This document shows positions 1-11,095 of a stretch of 32,498 bases of DNA, piece by piece. Source of the stretch: Desulfurococcaceae archaeon (lineage in GTDB: Archaea; Thermoproteota; Thermoprotei_A; Sulfolobales; Desulfurococcaceae); assembly GCA_038824035.1 (NCBI GenBank), contig JAWBBW010000016.1, forward strand, positions 1 to 32,498, read 5' to 3'. Numbering within the stretch: the stretch's first letter is position 1; each line of letters begins with the position of its first letter. The notes beneath the pieces are model-generated. The model saw only the letters and a program-made list of their open reading frames with translations, was not told where the DNA came from and made no database searches. The translations under genes and the position numbers were made by a program.

Positions 1-1584
1 AACGCGATCGTGGTATCACTGATAACAATACATGTCCCTTATCCAATGAACGTGGTCTTAGGGGCGATGACAGTCGTGGGCTCAGTTATATTCGTAATAT
101 ATTATACAGGGGTTAGGAGACTTGGTGGCATAGTACCTGTATCGGATGACCTCACATTTATATTGGTCCATATGAGGTGCCTTGTGACCAGTAACCCAGC
201 TACAGCTATATTATTTCAAAAAATAGGTGAAACCGATTTCTACAAGAAGAAATACCGAGAAATATACTCCAAGGTATACACCTTAACCAAGAACTGGGGA
301 TATAGTTTACCCGAGTCGTTGAGACTGGTCTCCAAGGAGACCCCGAGCAAAATAGAGGAACAGTTCTTCCAGAGGTTTTCAGCAATAGTTAGCACCGGTG
401 GGGATGTGAAAGAGTATTTGAGATTAGAGTATAATACTTTATTCAGTGAATATAGATCGGGATATGGGAGAATGGTGGACACTCTTAGAGTGGTGCTAGG
501 GGTTTACACAACACTCATAGGTGCATTGACATTCTTAGTAGCCACGTTGTTATTGCTCGGCATGTTGTTCGGGGGCGCGATGGAGTTGGTGTTGACAGCT
601 TTAATGGGCATGACAATGGCCTTGTTAACTATGTCTGTTCTGATGTATTTTGTAATTCGCAGGCCATTATTCGAGTATAAAAAGACACGTTCTACACTGG
701 TTAGGTTAATAGGTTTTCTCGGGGTCTTTGGCACTGTTTTCTTCGTGTTGATCATTATGCAATTGGTCATAACGGGTAATATAATGGAGCTCGAAATAAC
801 ATCTCTCTACATAGCACTCGGTGGTGCGATGTTTCTACCAGCTGGTATATTGGTTAAAATCCATGAAAACAGGATAACAGAGTATGATATGTTTTATCCA
901 GCTTTCATAAGGAGCTATGGCGAGCACATGGCAGTGGTACCGAATTTGCTTGAATCGCTAAAACCGCTACTTGTGGCAGAGCTCGGTAAACTGAGAAAAC
1001 TGTTGAACAAGGTCTATGCCGGCCTCGTGAATAGGATAGACCCGAGATTGGTGTGGAAGAGAGTAGCGGTTGAATCAGGTAGCGAGCTCGTAGTGAGGGC
1101 GAGCATGATATTCATGGACACCGTTGAATTAGGTGGTGATACAGGCGAATCAGGCGCATTGCTTTCAGATCATTTGAACGAATTGTTCAGGATGAGGCTT
1201 TCCTATATCCAGGTTTTCAAGACATTTGAGATAACGTTATATGTCATGCATGCCATCGCGGTCGTACTATTGATCTTTGTTGGCGGGTTCATAAACTTGT
1301 TCTCAAACATAATCTCACAATACGCGATAGGTATCCCCGCTGAGTTTGCCGGGCTTTTCGCATTCTTCTCGATCAGGCCAGTGGACATATCCCTCATGAT
1401 CAATATCTCGGCACTAGCGTTGGCGCTCTCCAATACAATGGCATTAATATCTGTTAACCCGGGTTCTAGGTATGCTGTTTACTACTATCTCTCCGTGATG
1501 TTGATGATGACCGGGATGGGCATATACTTGGGTAGCTTCGTGATAAAATCACTATTGGAGTCATTTCTCATGCCATTGGCATAA
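1..1584 (+). CDS. arlJ: Archaellum assembly membrane platform protein ArlJ/FlaJ (T2SS-F family); 5'-partial
   Basis: Frame is open from base 1. Two cytoplasmic domains are each followed by TM bundles; segment NWGYSLPESLRLVSKETPSK..FFQRFSAIVSTGGDVKEYLRLEY resembles FlaJ. Confidence 0.75.
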   Translation, partial: NAIVVSLITIHVPYPMNVVLGAMTVVGSVIFVIYYTGVRRLGGIVPVSDDLTFILVHMRCLVTSNPATAILFQKIGETDFYKKKYREIYSKVYTLTKNWGYSLPESLRLVSKETPSKIEEQFFQRFSAIVSTGGDVKEYLRLEYNTLFSEYRSGYGRMVDTLRVVLGVYTTLIGALTFLVATLLLLGMLFGGAMELVLTALMGMTMALLTMSVLMYFVIRRPLFEYKKTRSTLVRLIGFLGVFGTVFFVLIIMQLVITGNIMELEITSLYIALGGAMFLPAGILVKIHENRITEYDMFYPAFIRSYGEHMAVVPNLLESLKPLLVAELGKLRKLLNKVYAGLVNRIDPRLVWKRVAVESGSELVVRASMIFMDTVELGGDTGESGALLSDHLNELFRMRLSYIQVFKTFEITLYVMHAIAVVLLIFVGGFINLFSNIISQYAIGIPAEFAGLFAFFSIRPVDISLMINISALALALSNTMALISVNPGSRYAVYYYLSVMLMMTGMGIYLGSFVIKSLLESFLMPLA

Positions 1585-1617
1585 CCACTAATGGATTGTG
1601 GATATCTTTGTGAGGGG

Positions 1618-1641
1618 AAAAAAGGCTTAAAGACAAAAAAA
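1618..1641 (-). terminator. Oligo-T archaeal terminator of the racemase gene
   Basis: A-runs at 1618-1623 and 1635-1641 (T-runs on minus strand) just downstream of the stop at 1657. Confidence 0.45.
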
Positions 1642-1656
1642 TACCGAGTAACCTGG

Positions 1657-3048
1657 TCACCAGCCTCTGAGATATCTCAACACATCATCTGACACTATTC
1701 CCGCCAACACGTCTTTTATGGATTCCTCTATTATATCCAAGCCCTTGTCCAGGTCTTCCTTACTGATATTCAATGGTGGCGCTATTCTAAGTACATTGCC
1801 GTGCTTGCCAAACGTTATCATGATTAACCCCTTTTCCCAGGATCTCCAGCAGATCTTTAGGGCTGTTTTCCTATCGGGCTCCTTGTTCTTAATGTCCTTG
1901 ACTATGTCAACCCCTATCATCAAGCCCTTACCCCTTACGTCACCTATGATCGGGATTTTCTCAGCCATCTCTCTTAGCCTCTTCATAGCGTATTCCCCTA
2001 GTTCAGTAGCTCGTTGAACGAGGTTTTCCTTTCTTATCACCTCTATGGTGGCTATGGCAGCCCTGGCACACACGGCATGGCCTAGGTGTGTGAAGACGAA
2101 TAACGGTGGTGGGACACTATCCATGATCTCCGCTTTACCTATGGTAGCTGATATCGGCATGCCACCGCCCAGGGCCTTGGCGGTCACAAGGATATCTGGT
2201 TCTATTCCATAGTGTTCTATACCCCACCATTTACCTGTCCTACCCATACCTGTTTGAACCTCTTCATCAATGTAGAGAATTCCGTACTCTTTTGTCAACT
2301 CTCTTAACCCTCTCATGAATTCAAGAGGCGGCACAACTACGCCTGCATCGCCCTGTATAGGCTCAGCTATTACTGCGCTGACTTCTCCACCGAGCTCTTT
2401 TATCTTTTTCTCTATCTCCGCTAGGGCTATGTTCGATAACTCTGAGGGATTTTCATAACCATCTATATTCCATGGGTTTCTATACGGATCTGGGTAATCC
2501 ACGAAATGTATATCTTTAATTGGGTACACGGTCTCCTTAATATCTGGGCTTATTATCCCAGTTGCTGATAGGGCTCCATATGTCATCCCATGGTATGAGC
2601 CGTGGAAAGATATGACATGTCTTCTCTTTGTATATGCTCTCGCAGCCTTTAAAGAAGCGTCCACGGCATCTGAACCAGAGAAACCAAATGTTACTTTTTT
2701 CCTAAATGAACCAGGCGTTATCTCGACAAGGTATTTGGCAAGCCTCACTGGTGGCTCCTCGTAGAAATAAGCCGGTGTATAGTTCAAGAGCTCGTCGACT
2801 TGTTCCTTAATGGCCTTGACCACCTCGGGATGTCTATGCCCAATATTATACACGGCAGCACTGGTTAGGAAATCTATGTACTCATTGCCATCGGCATCCC
2901 AAATCCTTGAGCCCTCTGCCTTTACAACAGCTAGTGGGAAATACTTGAATGCACATGCAGGAGGCAAGTACTCTTCGTCGAGTTTAACTATTTTTAGATT
3001 GTTCTCGATTTTCTTAGATGTGTATCGTGTGATCTCCTCCCATTTCAA
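1657..3048 (-). CDS. Class III (fold type I) PLP enzyme, probably broad-specificity amino-acid racemase (BAR-like) rather than GABA aminotransferase
   Basis: Motifs [31 protein letters not shown] (Asp where GABA-ATs have Glu), DEVQTG-like EEVQTG, AKALGGG (PLP Lys). Likely start is TTG 3048 (MKWEEI...) rather than 3087. Confidence 0.8.
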   Translation of the reverse strand: MKWEEITRYTSKKIENNLKIVKLDEEYLPPACAFKYFPLAVVKAEGSRIWDADGNEYIDFLTSAAVYNIGHRHPEVVKAIKEQVDELLNYTPAYFYEEPPVRLAKYLVEITPGSFRKKVTFGFSGSDAVDASLKAARAYTKRRHVISFHGSYHGMTYGALSATGIISPDIKETVYPIKDIHFVDYPDPYRNPWNIDGYENPSELSNIALAEIEKKIKELGGEVSAVIAEPIQGDAGVVVPPLEFMRGLRELTKEYGILYIDEEVQTGMGRTGKWWGIEHYGIEPDILVTAKALGGGMPISATIGKAEIMDSVPPPLFVFTHLGHAVCARAAIATIEVIRKENLVQRATELGEYAMKRLREMAEKIPIIGDVRGKGLMIGVDIVKDIKNKEPDRKTALKICWRSWEKGLIMITFGKHGNVLRIAPPLNISKEDLDKGLDIIEESIKDVLAGIVSDDVLRYLRGW

Positions 3049-3255
3049 GCGCGGACACCGTTGAATAACCTTGAAAATAATATCCAATATTAAATATTAA
3101 AAAGGGTATTCCAGTTTATATCGCTTTACATCATTTTCCTCTTATCAATGGGTGTTTTACTAACAGATCCCGGGTTTTTTAAACACATGTGATAAAGATG
3201 TTTTCTAAGCAATCTGCATGGTGTATGTGATATTATGTGGAACCATTATATGAAA

Positions 3256-3268
3256 GTATATATATATC
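3256..3268 (+). promoter_or_regulatory. TATA-like element upstream of the YkvI-like gene
   Basis: Purine-rich GAAAG followed by TATATATATAT about 45-55 nt upstream of ATG 3311; GGTGAG SD-like motif at 3300-3305. Confidence 0.4.
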
Positions 3269-3310
3269 TAAGGGACATTATATAGGTAGCATAGGTATTG
3301 GTGAGTTCAT

Positions 3311-4441
3311 ATGACAAGTGCGCAGTCTATGTGGAGAAGGGCTTGGTATGCAGCTATAACAGCAATCATAATTCAGAGTGTGTGGATCGGTGGAGGATAT
3401 GGTAGTGGGAGAGAAGTGGTTGAGTTTATAGCTAAATACGGCTCTCTCGCTTGGATCTCTATTCTGGTCTCGGCGATCACCCTTGTAATAGTCCTGGTGC
3501 CATCTCTTGAAATAGCTAGGGTTTTCAAGGCATATGACTACATGACTTGGTCCAAGCAATTCCTATGGAAATTCTGGTGGCTATTTGACATCGCCTTTAT
3601 AGTGCTTGCGTGGATAGTCATAGCTGTTGTCGGCGCAGCAGCTGGATATATGTTGTCGGATATAGCCGGGATACCATTCCCAGTGGCAGCTGCTTTAACC
3701 ATAATAATCGTGGGACTGTTACACTTCTTTGGGCGAAGAGTGATCGAGGCATATTGGATCGTAGGTACAATAGGGCTTTACATCATGTATTTTATCATAT
3801 GGGCATATATACTCTCATTAAAAGGCGGCCAAGCGTTAAATAATCTAATGGCTGGGCTTCATCAGGGCACAGCATCGGAAGCTGCGATCGATGGTTTCAA
3901 ATACACGTTGTATAACCTATGTGTTGTCATGCCAGCATTGCAATCAATTGACAGGTATAGGGGTAAATCAGAATCCTTTATCGCTACTTTATTGTCCGTG
4001 ATATTAGTTTATGGAGCGGCCATAGCTCTGTGGCTTTGTTTCATGGCGTTTTATCCAGATGTCATCGGCATGACGGCGCCTGTGTATGATATATTAAAGG
4101 CTATGGGGGCTGGATGGGCATTGGTCGTATATGTGTTCTGGATATTTTATACGTTGATTGAGACAGCACTTGGCATGGTATACTCCATTGTAAGAAGAGT
4201 AAATGCTCAGCTGAGACTACGTGGCAAATTAATCGATAGGAAAATGGAGGCATTATTAGCAGTGATAATACTTGCGGTATCTATCATAACAGCTCAAGCA
4301 GGCTTAGTAGCCCTCGTAGCACGAGGCTATGGCACAATGGCGTGGGTATTCTTCGCAGTGTATTTTGTGCCTGTCGTCGTCATCGGCTCGATAAGGTTAT
4401 TTAAGCCAGAATGGATGAAAGAGTTCTGGTCAAAGGCCTAG
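3311..4441 (+). CDS. YkvI-like (COG3949-type) membrane transporter, putative amino-acid permease
   Basis: About 10 TM segments; N-terminal IGGGYGSGREVVEF motif; C-terminal LVARGYG motif. Confidence 0.75.
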   Translation: MTSAQSMWRRAWYAAITAIIIQSVWIGGGYGSGREVVEFIAKYGSLAWISILVSAITLVIVLVPSLEIARVFKAYDYMTWSKQFLWKFWWLFDIAFIVLAWIVIAVVGAAAGYMLSDIAGIPFPVAAALTIIIVGLLHFFGRRVIEAYWIVGTIGLYIMYFIIWAYILSLKGGQALNNLMAGLHQGTASEAAIDGFKYTLYNLCVVMPALQSIDRYRGKSESFIATLLSVILVYGAAIALWLCFMAFYPDVIGMTAPVYDILKAMGAGWALVVYVFWIFYTLIETALGMVYSIVRRVNAQLRLRGKLIDRKMEALLAVIILAVSIITAQAGLVALVARGYGTMAWVFFAVYFVPVVVIGSIRLFKPEWMKEFWSKA

Positions 4442-4451
4442 TTTTTTTTTT
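4442..4451 (+). terminator. Oligo-T terminator
   Basis: Ten consecutive T directly after the TAG stop of 3311..4441. Confidence 0.65.
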
Positions 4452-4648
4452 ACTTAAACCCCTTTTCCCAAAACCTCCTTTCCCTTAAACAGGAAACACC
4501 GTATCATGTACATGGACAAGAATACCGGGCGATACCATGTAATGATTATTCGCCTTGGCAATGGTTTTAAATAAATCCTTGATAACTTGACAACAGGAAT
4601 AATAGCACTGACTACGCCTTTTCATTGACAACTAGGAATTAATATAAG

Positions 4649-4723
4649 TGGGCCCGCGGGGATTTGAACCCCGGACCTCCGCCGTGTGAGGGCGGCGTCC
4701 ATACCGGGCTAGACTACGGGCCC
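4649..4723 (-). tRNA. tRNA-Val (anticodon CAC)
   Basis: Reverse complement GGGCCCGTAGTCTAGCCCGGTATGGACGCCGCCCTCACACGGCGGAGGTCCGGGGTTCAAATCCCCGCGGGCCCA folds as a cloverleaf; anticodon loop CTCACAC; no intron; CCA not encoded. Confidence 0.97.
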
Positions 4724-4850
4724 ATTTCATATGAAGATGAGAATAAAGATGGGTAATAAATCTTTAGATAGCGCTTGTCCTCAGGTATTTGATAGAAGGA
4801 TAATGCATATTGCCTGGGTCATTAACATGGCCGATTGTATAATCAAAACC

Positions 4851-7508
4851 CTAGATCTTCACATTTAACATTTTCCTAGCCTCATCTAATAGGAATATCG
4901 TGACAGATGCTATTAAGCCATGGACCCAGAGTGTTATCGGTATTGGCGTTGTATTGAATATTCGAGAGAGTGGTGTATATATTGTGATCAAGTAAAGGCC
5001 CATGGACCCTATTAAGGATAAGTAAAGCCATTTATTGTGACCTAGTTTCCATATCGTTGTATTCTCGCTACGAGAGGCTATAGATCTCCCGAACTCTGTT
5101 AACACTATCGTGGTATATGCAGAGGTGATGGCTGTTAATGGGCATATTCCAAGGCCCTCTGTAAACGCCATTACCGTGAACAACGCTATGAGCAAACCAA
5201 TGGATATGTAATAGATTATTTTCCTACGTGTAATTAATCTCTCATCCTTAGATCTCGGTGGTTTCTCCATAATTCCCGGTTCTGGCGGCTCCACACCCAG
5301 GGCTATGGCTGGGAAAGAATCCGTTACAACATTTATCCATAATAGGTGTATCGGTTCTAGGGCTGGCCTTTTCAATAGGAGCTGTGATAACAGGATTGTG
5401 AAGACCTCGCCCATGTTGGCTGAGAGGAGATAGTTTATCGGCTTTTTGATGTTCTCATATATGATCCTGCCCTCCCTTATAGCCTCTACAATAGTTACAT
5501 AATTGTCATCGAGTAATATTAATTGCGAAGCCTCCTTGGCAACCTCCGTCCCTCTTATGCCCATTGCCACGCCTATATCAGCTGCCTTTAAGGCCGGTGC
5601 ATCGTTGACGCCATCTCCCGTCATGGCCACTCTATATCCTTTTCTTTTCAATAAATTGACGATCCTAGCCTTGTGTTCTGGGGTCACTCTGGCAAAAACT
5701 ACTACCTTATCAATGATGTTCAATAGCTCTTCATCGCTCATATAATCCAGTTCTTTGCCATCCAGCACCATCCCATTATCAGTCTCTATTCCAACCATCT
5801 TAGCCACAGCTATTGCTGTTAACTTGTGATCGCCTGTCACGATCACCGTTTTAATCCCCGCTTTCTTCGCGATCTCCACTGCCTCTTTTACACCCTCTCT
5901 AGGGGGATCTATGATGCCGAGCACAGCGTAGAATACCATGTTGTTTTCCACGTCTTTCATATCCATTTCACCGTTGTAGTGATCTAAAACCCTATACGCC
6001 ACGCCAAAAGTCCTGTAACCCTCTGAGGCCATTTCTTCGATGATCTTCAATATTTTTTCTCTGGTCTCGTTGTCAAGGGGTTTTTCCTCGCCACCATGTA
6101 CAACCCTGTTCGAGATATCGAGCAAGATCTCTGGTGCCCCGGTTGATATTACGAGATATTTGTCTCCAAACCTATGTATGCTTGTCTTGCGTTTCCTAAT
6201 TCTATCAAATGGATATGTCTTAATCACCGGTAATTCCTCCAGTACTTTCAACACACCTTTCTCCCCAAGCGCCTTATATCCCAGTACGAGCGCTGCGCCC
6301 TCTGTTGGCGAGCCCTTGATCAACCATTTGTTGTCGGATCTATGTAATGAGACATCTATCGATGTATGCGCCACAATCATCTTGTAGAGTAGTGATAGGT
6401 CTTCATCGTTATCACAAATTATGCCGCCAAAGGGCGCATACCCAGATCCCTCAACGTGACACGTGTTGTCAATGGTCTTGATTACTTTGACTGTCATCTC
6501 GCCCTTTGTAATAGTCCCTGTCTTATCAGTGCAAATGATGTCCACGGAGCCAAGGGATTCTACAGCGGATAGTTTCCTCACAAGGGCTTTTTTACGAGCC
6601 ATTCTATATGCACCTATAGCCATTATGGCTGTCGCTATAGCTGGCAAACCCTCTGGTATGGCTGCTACGGCAAGTGCCACAGCTATCATGAGAGGATGAA
6701 TTATATTGCCACGTTCTTCCAATACGCCGATCATGAAAACGAACAATGCTATTGCTAGCACCAGTAAACCAATTCTCTTACCGAAGAGATCTAGCTCTCT
6801 CTCCAAGATCGTTTTCTCCTCCTTTGTCTCGGCAACCATTCTGGCGATTTTACCGAGCTCCGTGTTATTCCCAGTAGCGGTCACCACGGCTTTGCCCTTG
6901 CCTCTAACCACATATGTGCCGGAGAAAACCATGTTTTTCCTATCGCTAATAGGTGTTTGAGGAGGTAGTATGAGTTCTGGGTCTTTTTCAACAGGCGTGG
7001 ATTCACCGGTTAACGGGGATTCATCTATCTCCAGGTCAAAGGCTTCCACGAGCCTCGCATCAGCTGGTATTTTATCGCCCTCTTTTATCAACACCACATC
7101 GCCTGGGACAAGGTTATGTGTCGGTATCTCTACTTGGACCCCATTCCTGATCACAGTGCAACGAGGTGTAGCCAGCTTTTTCAATGCCTTGATCGCTTTC
7201 TCTGCCTTATATTCCTGGATAAAGCCCATGATCCCCATTATTAACACTATTAAGGCTATGGCCACGGCATCTATGGTCTCGCCTATGATGGCTGAGATTA
7301 TAATGGCCACTATTAACACTATGATCAGGAAATTGGTGAATTGGCGCAGGAACATGAGTAATGGACTTTTCTCCTTGACTATTATCTCGTTGGGTCCATA
7401 TTTCTTCAATCTCTCATTTACTTCTTCATCACTCAAGCCATGTTTAATATCTGTGCCCAGCTCTTTGACTACCTCTTCAATACTCATGGAATGCCATGGC
7501 CTGTTCAA
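4851..7508 (-). CDS. P-type cation-transporting ATPase, type IIA (SERCA/PacL-like, probably Ca2+)
   Basis: TGES, IPEGLP, DKTGT, DPPR, TGD, GDGVND motifs; TM5 SANMGE and TM6 WINVVTD; TTG start after GGAGG. Confidence 0.92.
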   Translation of the reverse strand: MNRPWHSMSIEEVVKELGTDIKHGLSDEEVNERLKKYGPNEIIVKEKSPLLMFLRQFTNFLIIVLIVAIIISAIIGETIDAVAIALIVLIMGIMGFIQEYKAEKAIKALKKLATPRCTVIRNGVQVEIPTHNLVPGDVVLIKEGDKIPADARLVEAFDLEIDESPLTGESTPVEKDPELILPPQTPISDRKNMVFSGTYVVRGKGKAVVTATGNNTELGKIARMVAETKEEKTILERELDLFGKRIGLLVLAIALFVFMIGVLEERGNIIHPLMIAVALAVAAIPEGLPAIATAIMAIGAYRMARKKALVRKLSAVESLGSVDIICTDKTGTITKGEMTVKVIKTIDNTCHVEGSGYAPFGGIICDNDEDLSLLYKMIVAHTSIDVSLHRSDNKWLIKGSPTEGAALVLGYKALGEKGVLKVLEELPVIKTYPFDRIRKRKTSIHRFGDKYLVISTGAPEILLDISNRVVHGGEEKPLDNETREKILKIIEEMASEGYRTFGVAYRVLDHYNGEMDMKDVENNMVFYAVLGIIDPPREGVKEAVEIAKKAGIKTVIVTGDHKLTAIAVAKMVGIETDNGMVLDGKELDYMSDEELLNIIDKVVVFARVTPEHKARIVNLLKRKGYRVAMTGDGVNDAPALKAADIGVAMGIRGTEVAKEASQLILLDDNYVTIVEAIREGRIIYENIKKPINYLLSANMGEVFTILLSQLLLKRPALEPIHLLWINVVTDSFPAIALGVEPPEPGIMEKPPRSKDERLITRRKIIYYISIGLLIALFTVMAFTEGLGICPLTAITSAYTTIVLTEFGRSIASRSENTTIWKLGHNKWLYLSLIGSMGLYLITIYTPLSRIFNTTPIPITLWVHGLIASVTIFLLDEARKMLNVKI

Positions 7509-7721
7509 TCGCTATCCCTCCTTGAACACTGGCGTAAATAATTACTAATCGATATCTAGTAGGAGAATCCATCATATAATTCCTAATAATCTTTTTATGT
7601 GTAGTTCATCTAGGCCATTAATGTTCGCCATTCATAGTACAGGGGTCGTGGGTGTTGTTGAACGGAGATCGTGATTATTAAAATAGGATAAATCAATCCC
7701 AGTGCTTAATATATCATAGGA

Positions 7722-9344
7722 TTGTGCGAGGTGTATCCATTGCATGGTCATAGGATAAAGATTTGTAGTGTCGATGAAATGCGGAAAATAGATGAAGAAG
7801 CCACCAAATACGGGGTTGATCATTTCGTTCTAATGGAGAATGCTGGTTCAGCGATATATCATTTAATAGCGAGTGAGATAGGGGTTTTAAATAAGAAGTT
7901 CTTAGTAATAGCTGGTACGGGTAATAATGGAGGAGATGCATTAGTCGTTGCAAGGAGACTGTACTCGGCTGGCGGAGTAGTGGAGGTTATAATCATAGGC
8001 GATCCCGGTAAATACAGGGAGCCTGCACGGAGAAATTACGAGATCGCAAGGAAAATGAACATACCCATGACTACTATATCAAGCGAGGCAGATATAGGCC
8101 TATTGGAGAAATCCATTAGGGATTCAGATGTAGTGGTTGTTGGCTTAATAGGTATTGGTCTTAAAGGGGAGATCTCTGGTTTGATGAGAAAAGCAGTGGA
8201 GTTGGTAAACAACCTAGGAACTGGTAAAATAATTATAAGTGTCGATATACCAACCGGTATCAATGGAGATAATGGAAAAGTATGTGGTGTGGCCATTAAA
8301 TCCACGTATACGGTCACGTTTGGTATGCCTAAATACGGCAATGTATTATACCCTGGTTATCAATATTGCGGAAAATTATATGTATCCAGGTTATCGTATC
8401 CGCCTCAATTGCTGGATTCCGATGAGATAAGAACAGAGTTAAACACCCCCGTTAAACCACCTGAAAGGGTTAAATGGGGTCATAAAGGCATGTTTGGCAA
8501 ATTCCTTGCAATAGCCGGTTCCAGGTATTACTATGGAGCTCCTTATTTCGTCTCATACTCGTTTCTAAAAGCGGGAGGCGGGTATTCAAGGCTTGCCGCG
8601 CCAAAAAGCGTTGTCCCGTACATAGCTGCTAAGTGCAATGAAGTGGTCTATCATCCAATGGAGGAGACGGATGACGGCACTCTCGCATTGAGGAACATGG
8701 ATAAAATCATGTCTATAATAGAGGAACATGGCGTAGACATAGTTGCATTGGGGCCAGGAGTTTCATTGAACCAGGAAACACAGGAGCTAGTTGTAAACCT
8801 CGTTGAGGCGATCCAAAGACCATTGATAATAGATGGGGATGGATTAACGGCTATATCGAGAAATCCCAGTGTATTGAAAAAGAAGAAAACACCGATCGTG
8901 TTGACACCTCATCTCGGCGAGTTCTCCAGGATAACTGGTTTAAACATAGGTGAAATACAGGAAAACCCTATTGGGGTATTGAGGAAAACAGCCATGGAAC
9001 TAGGCATTTATATAGTGTTGAAAGGAGCACATTCGTTAATAGCGTATCCAAATGGATACATATATGTAAACATGACTGGGAACCCGGGGATGGCTAAGGC
9101 CGGGTCTGGAGACATCTTAACAGGTACAATAGCAGCGATGTATGGCATTGGTTTCAGAGATATGGGAACTGCAGTTAGAATGGGTGTATTAGTGCATGGC
9201 TTAGCAGGGGATCTAGCCGCGGAGGAGAAAGGCGAGGATGGGATCACGCCTAGCGATATCCTAGAATACCTTCCACGCGCTATTAGAATATTACGTGAGA
9301 ATCCATATTATGTTATTGACAAGTACATGCCAAGATATATTTAA
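7722..9344 (+). CDS. nnr: Bifunctional NAD(P)H-hydrate repair enzyme (NnrE epimerase + NnrD dehydratase)
   Basis: LMENAG, GNNGGDA and VDIPTG (YjeF_N); HKG, GPG, IDGDGL, LTPHLGE, VLKGA and GSGDILTG (ribokinase-like domain). Confidence 0.93.
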   Translation: MCEVYPLHGHRIKICSVDEMRKIDEEATKYGVDHFVLMENAGSAIYHLIASEIGVLNKKFLVIAGTGNNGGDALVVARRLYSAGGVVEVIIIGDPGKYREPARRNYEIARKMNIPMTTISSEADIGLLEKSIRDSDVVVVGLIGIGLKGEISGLMRKAVELVNNLGTGKIIISVDIPTGINGDNGKVCGVAIKSTYTVTFGMPKYGNVLYPGYQYCGKLYVSRLSYPPQLLDSDEIRTELNTPVKPPERVKWGHKGMFGKFLAIAGSRYYYGAPYFVSYSFLKAGGGYSRLAAPKSVVPYIAAKCNEVVYHPMEETDDGTLALRNMDKIMSIIEEHGVDIVALGPGVSLNQETQELVVNLVEAIQRPLIIDGDGLTAISRNPSVLKKKKTPIVLTPHLGEFSRITGLNIGEIQENPIGVLRKTAMELGIYIVLKGAHSLIAYPNGYIYVNMTGNPGMAKAGSGDILTGTIAAMYGIGFRDMGTAVRMGVLVHGLAGDLAAEEKGEDGITPSDILEYLPRAIRILRENPYYVIDKYMPRYI

Positions 9345-9475
9345 TGCGTTAAATAGGCCTTATTATGTGTAATGACGTTAAGATCTGTGTCAATAGGGAT
9401 ACATAGGATCATGGTAAGGCATATAAAGCGATTTAAAACTGAAATATCGGTGAAGTGAAAATCAGGGACCCATAA

Positions 9476-10974
9476 TTGGTTATGCTGAATAATAAATACA
9501 AATATCTATCAGTTGTCTTGATCTCGGTTTCTATATCGATGCTTATAGCCATCTTAGTCAAGGTTCCATCAATCGGAATCGGTGCCGAGATAATAAGCCA
9601 ATGGAGTTCTTATACAGGATTACGCAGTCTTGATGATATCGTAGTTCTCTCGAAACAGATAATATCGCTTACCTTGTTCTTAATGGTGGTGGGGTTTACC
9701 ATATTATCGGAGAGAATGAGGTATTACATAGCGTTTGCAGGCATAGCGATTACAGCGTTCCTGGGAGTGGTCCCTGTTTCCAAGCTCCTGGGTAGTATTG
9801 AGTGGAATCTCGTGCTCTTCTTGACAGGCAGTATGACATTTGCATACGTATTGAGACATATGAATGTCTTCAAATACCTGGCGATCAAAATAGTCGAACT
9901 CTCCAAGGGGTCTTTTATAAGGCTTTTCCTATTAATCACTGCCCTGGCCTGGTTCTTGGCAATGGTAGTGGATGAAGTGACCAGCATTGTCTATATAATG
10001 ATGTTGTTGTTTGAACTACGTAGATTGATCAAGCATGACATCGAGCCATTGATCGTGGCCTGTGTCTTGGCCACAAACACTGGTAGTTTGGCCTTGCCCG
10101 TTGGAAACCCAATTGGGATCTACATGGCATTCACAGCGGGGCTTACTGGAGGGAATTCATGGTTTACGCATTGCCATTATCACTAATAACCTTGTTCATA
10201 ACCCAGGTATCACTGATCATATCTTTCAACAAGTACTTGAGGAAACTGAGTGAGAAATACGACACTGGGAAAACACAGACATTTATCACGAGATTTTACA
10301 CCGAGATGAACCGTGTGAGTAAGATCGGCTTATACCTCGGCTTAGTATTGCTCATAGCATTTCTCGCCACTATTGCAAACATAGATCCCCTGAGCGAGAT
10401 ATTGACACGGATTTTCGAAGTGGAGATAGACCCTCATGCAGCGTTATCTATTGTTCCATTTCTATTCATAGTTATATCGGCAATTGTATATGGGCCGGAG
10501 AAATTAGAAGAGGCGATTCTAAAAGGAGTTGAATGGCCATCAATACTGTTCTTTATTTCGCTATTCATGCTCGGGTACTCGCTGCTATACACCGGGGTTG
10601 CGTCAAAGCTTGCATATACACCAGTGATGATCGGTGGGGCAAACGCGAACTCCATGGGCATGGTGTTGTTGTTCATGTCGGCTATGCTCAGCTCCGTACT
10701 GGACAATCTCAGTGTAATAGTTGCCATGACACCCATAGCCAGCATAGTCAGCAGTTTACTGGGTACACGTAAAGTGTATTGGAGCCTGCTCTATGGAGGT
10801 GTATTGGGCGGTAATTTCACCCCAATAGGCTCCACTGCGAACATTGTCGCCATAGGCATGGCTGAGCGAAGGGGTATGAAAGTGTCCTGGAAACGATGGT
10901 TTTCAATAGCAATGCTACCAGCGGTATTCCAGGTAATCGCGGCTTGTATATACAATTACCTATTCGTTGCCTAA
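9476..10974 (+). pseudogene. ArsB/NhaD/SLC13-type (IT superfamily) permease split by a 1-nt frameshift into 9476..10186 and 10159..10974
   Basis: N-half has IEWNLVLF, VVDEVT and NTGSLALPVGNP; C-half has VEWPSILF, VLDNLS and LGGNFTPIGSTAN. One extra G at 10151-10153 would give a continuous 499-aa ORF (GLTGGEFMVYALP). Confidence 0.75.
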
Positions 10975-11095
10975 TATCATGCGTTCTCAGCCGGTGATTT
11001 CAAAATTGGTTTCGAGAGAAACATTGCATGGTCGTTCAGGCTTATATGTCATGGCATTATGTATTACTCCATGATGTGCTGTTAATCGTGAAATA

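Noticed and set aside
6970-7548. 192-aa ORF antisense to the P-type ATPase, and the many other 60-180 aa antisense or overlapping ORFs in the track (e.g. 14916..15455, 30000..30437)
   Set aside because: They are shadows of well-supported genes on the opposite strand or frame, with no recognisable motifs.
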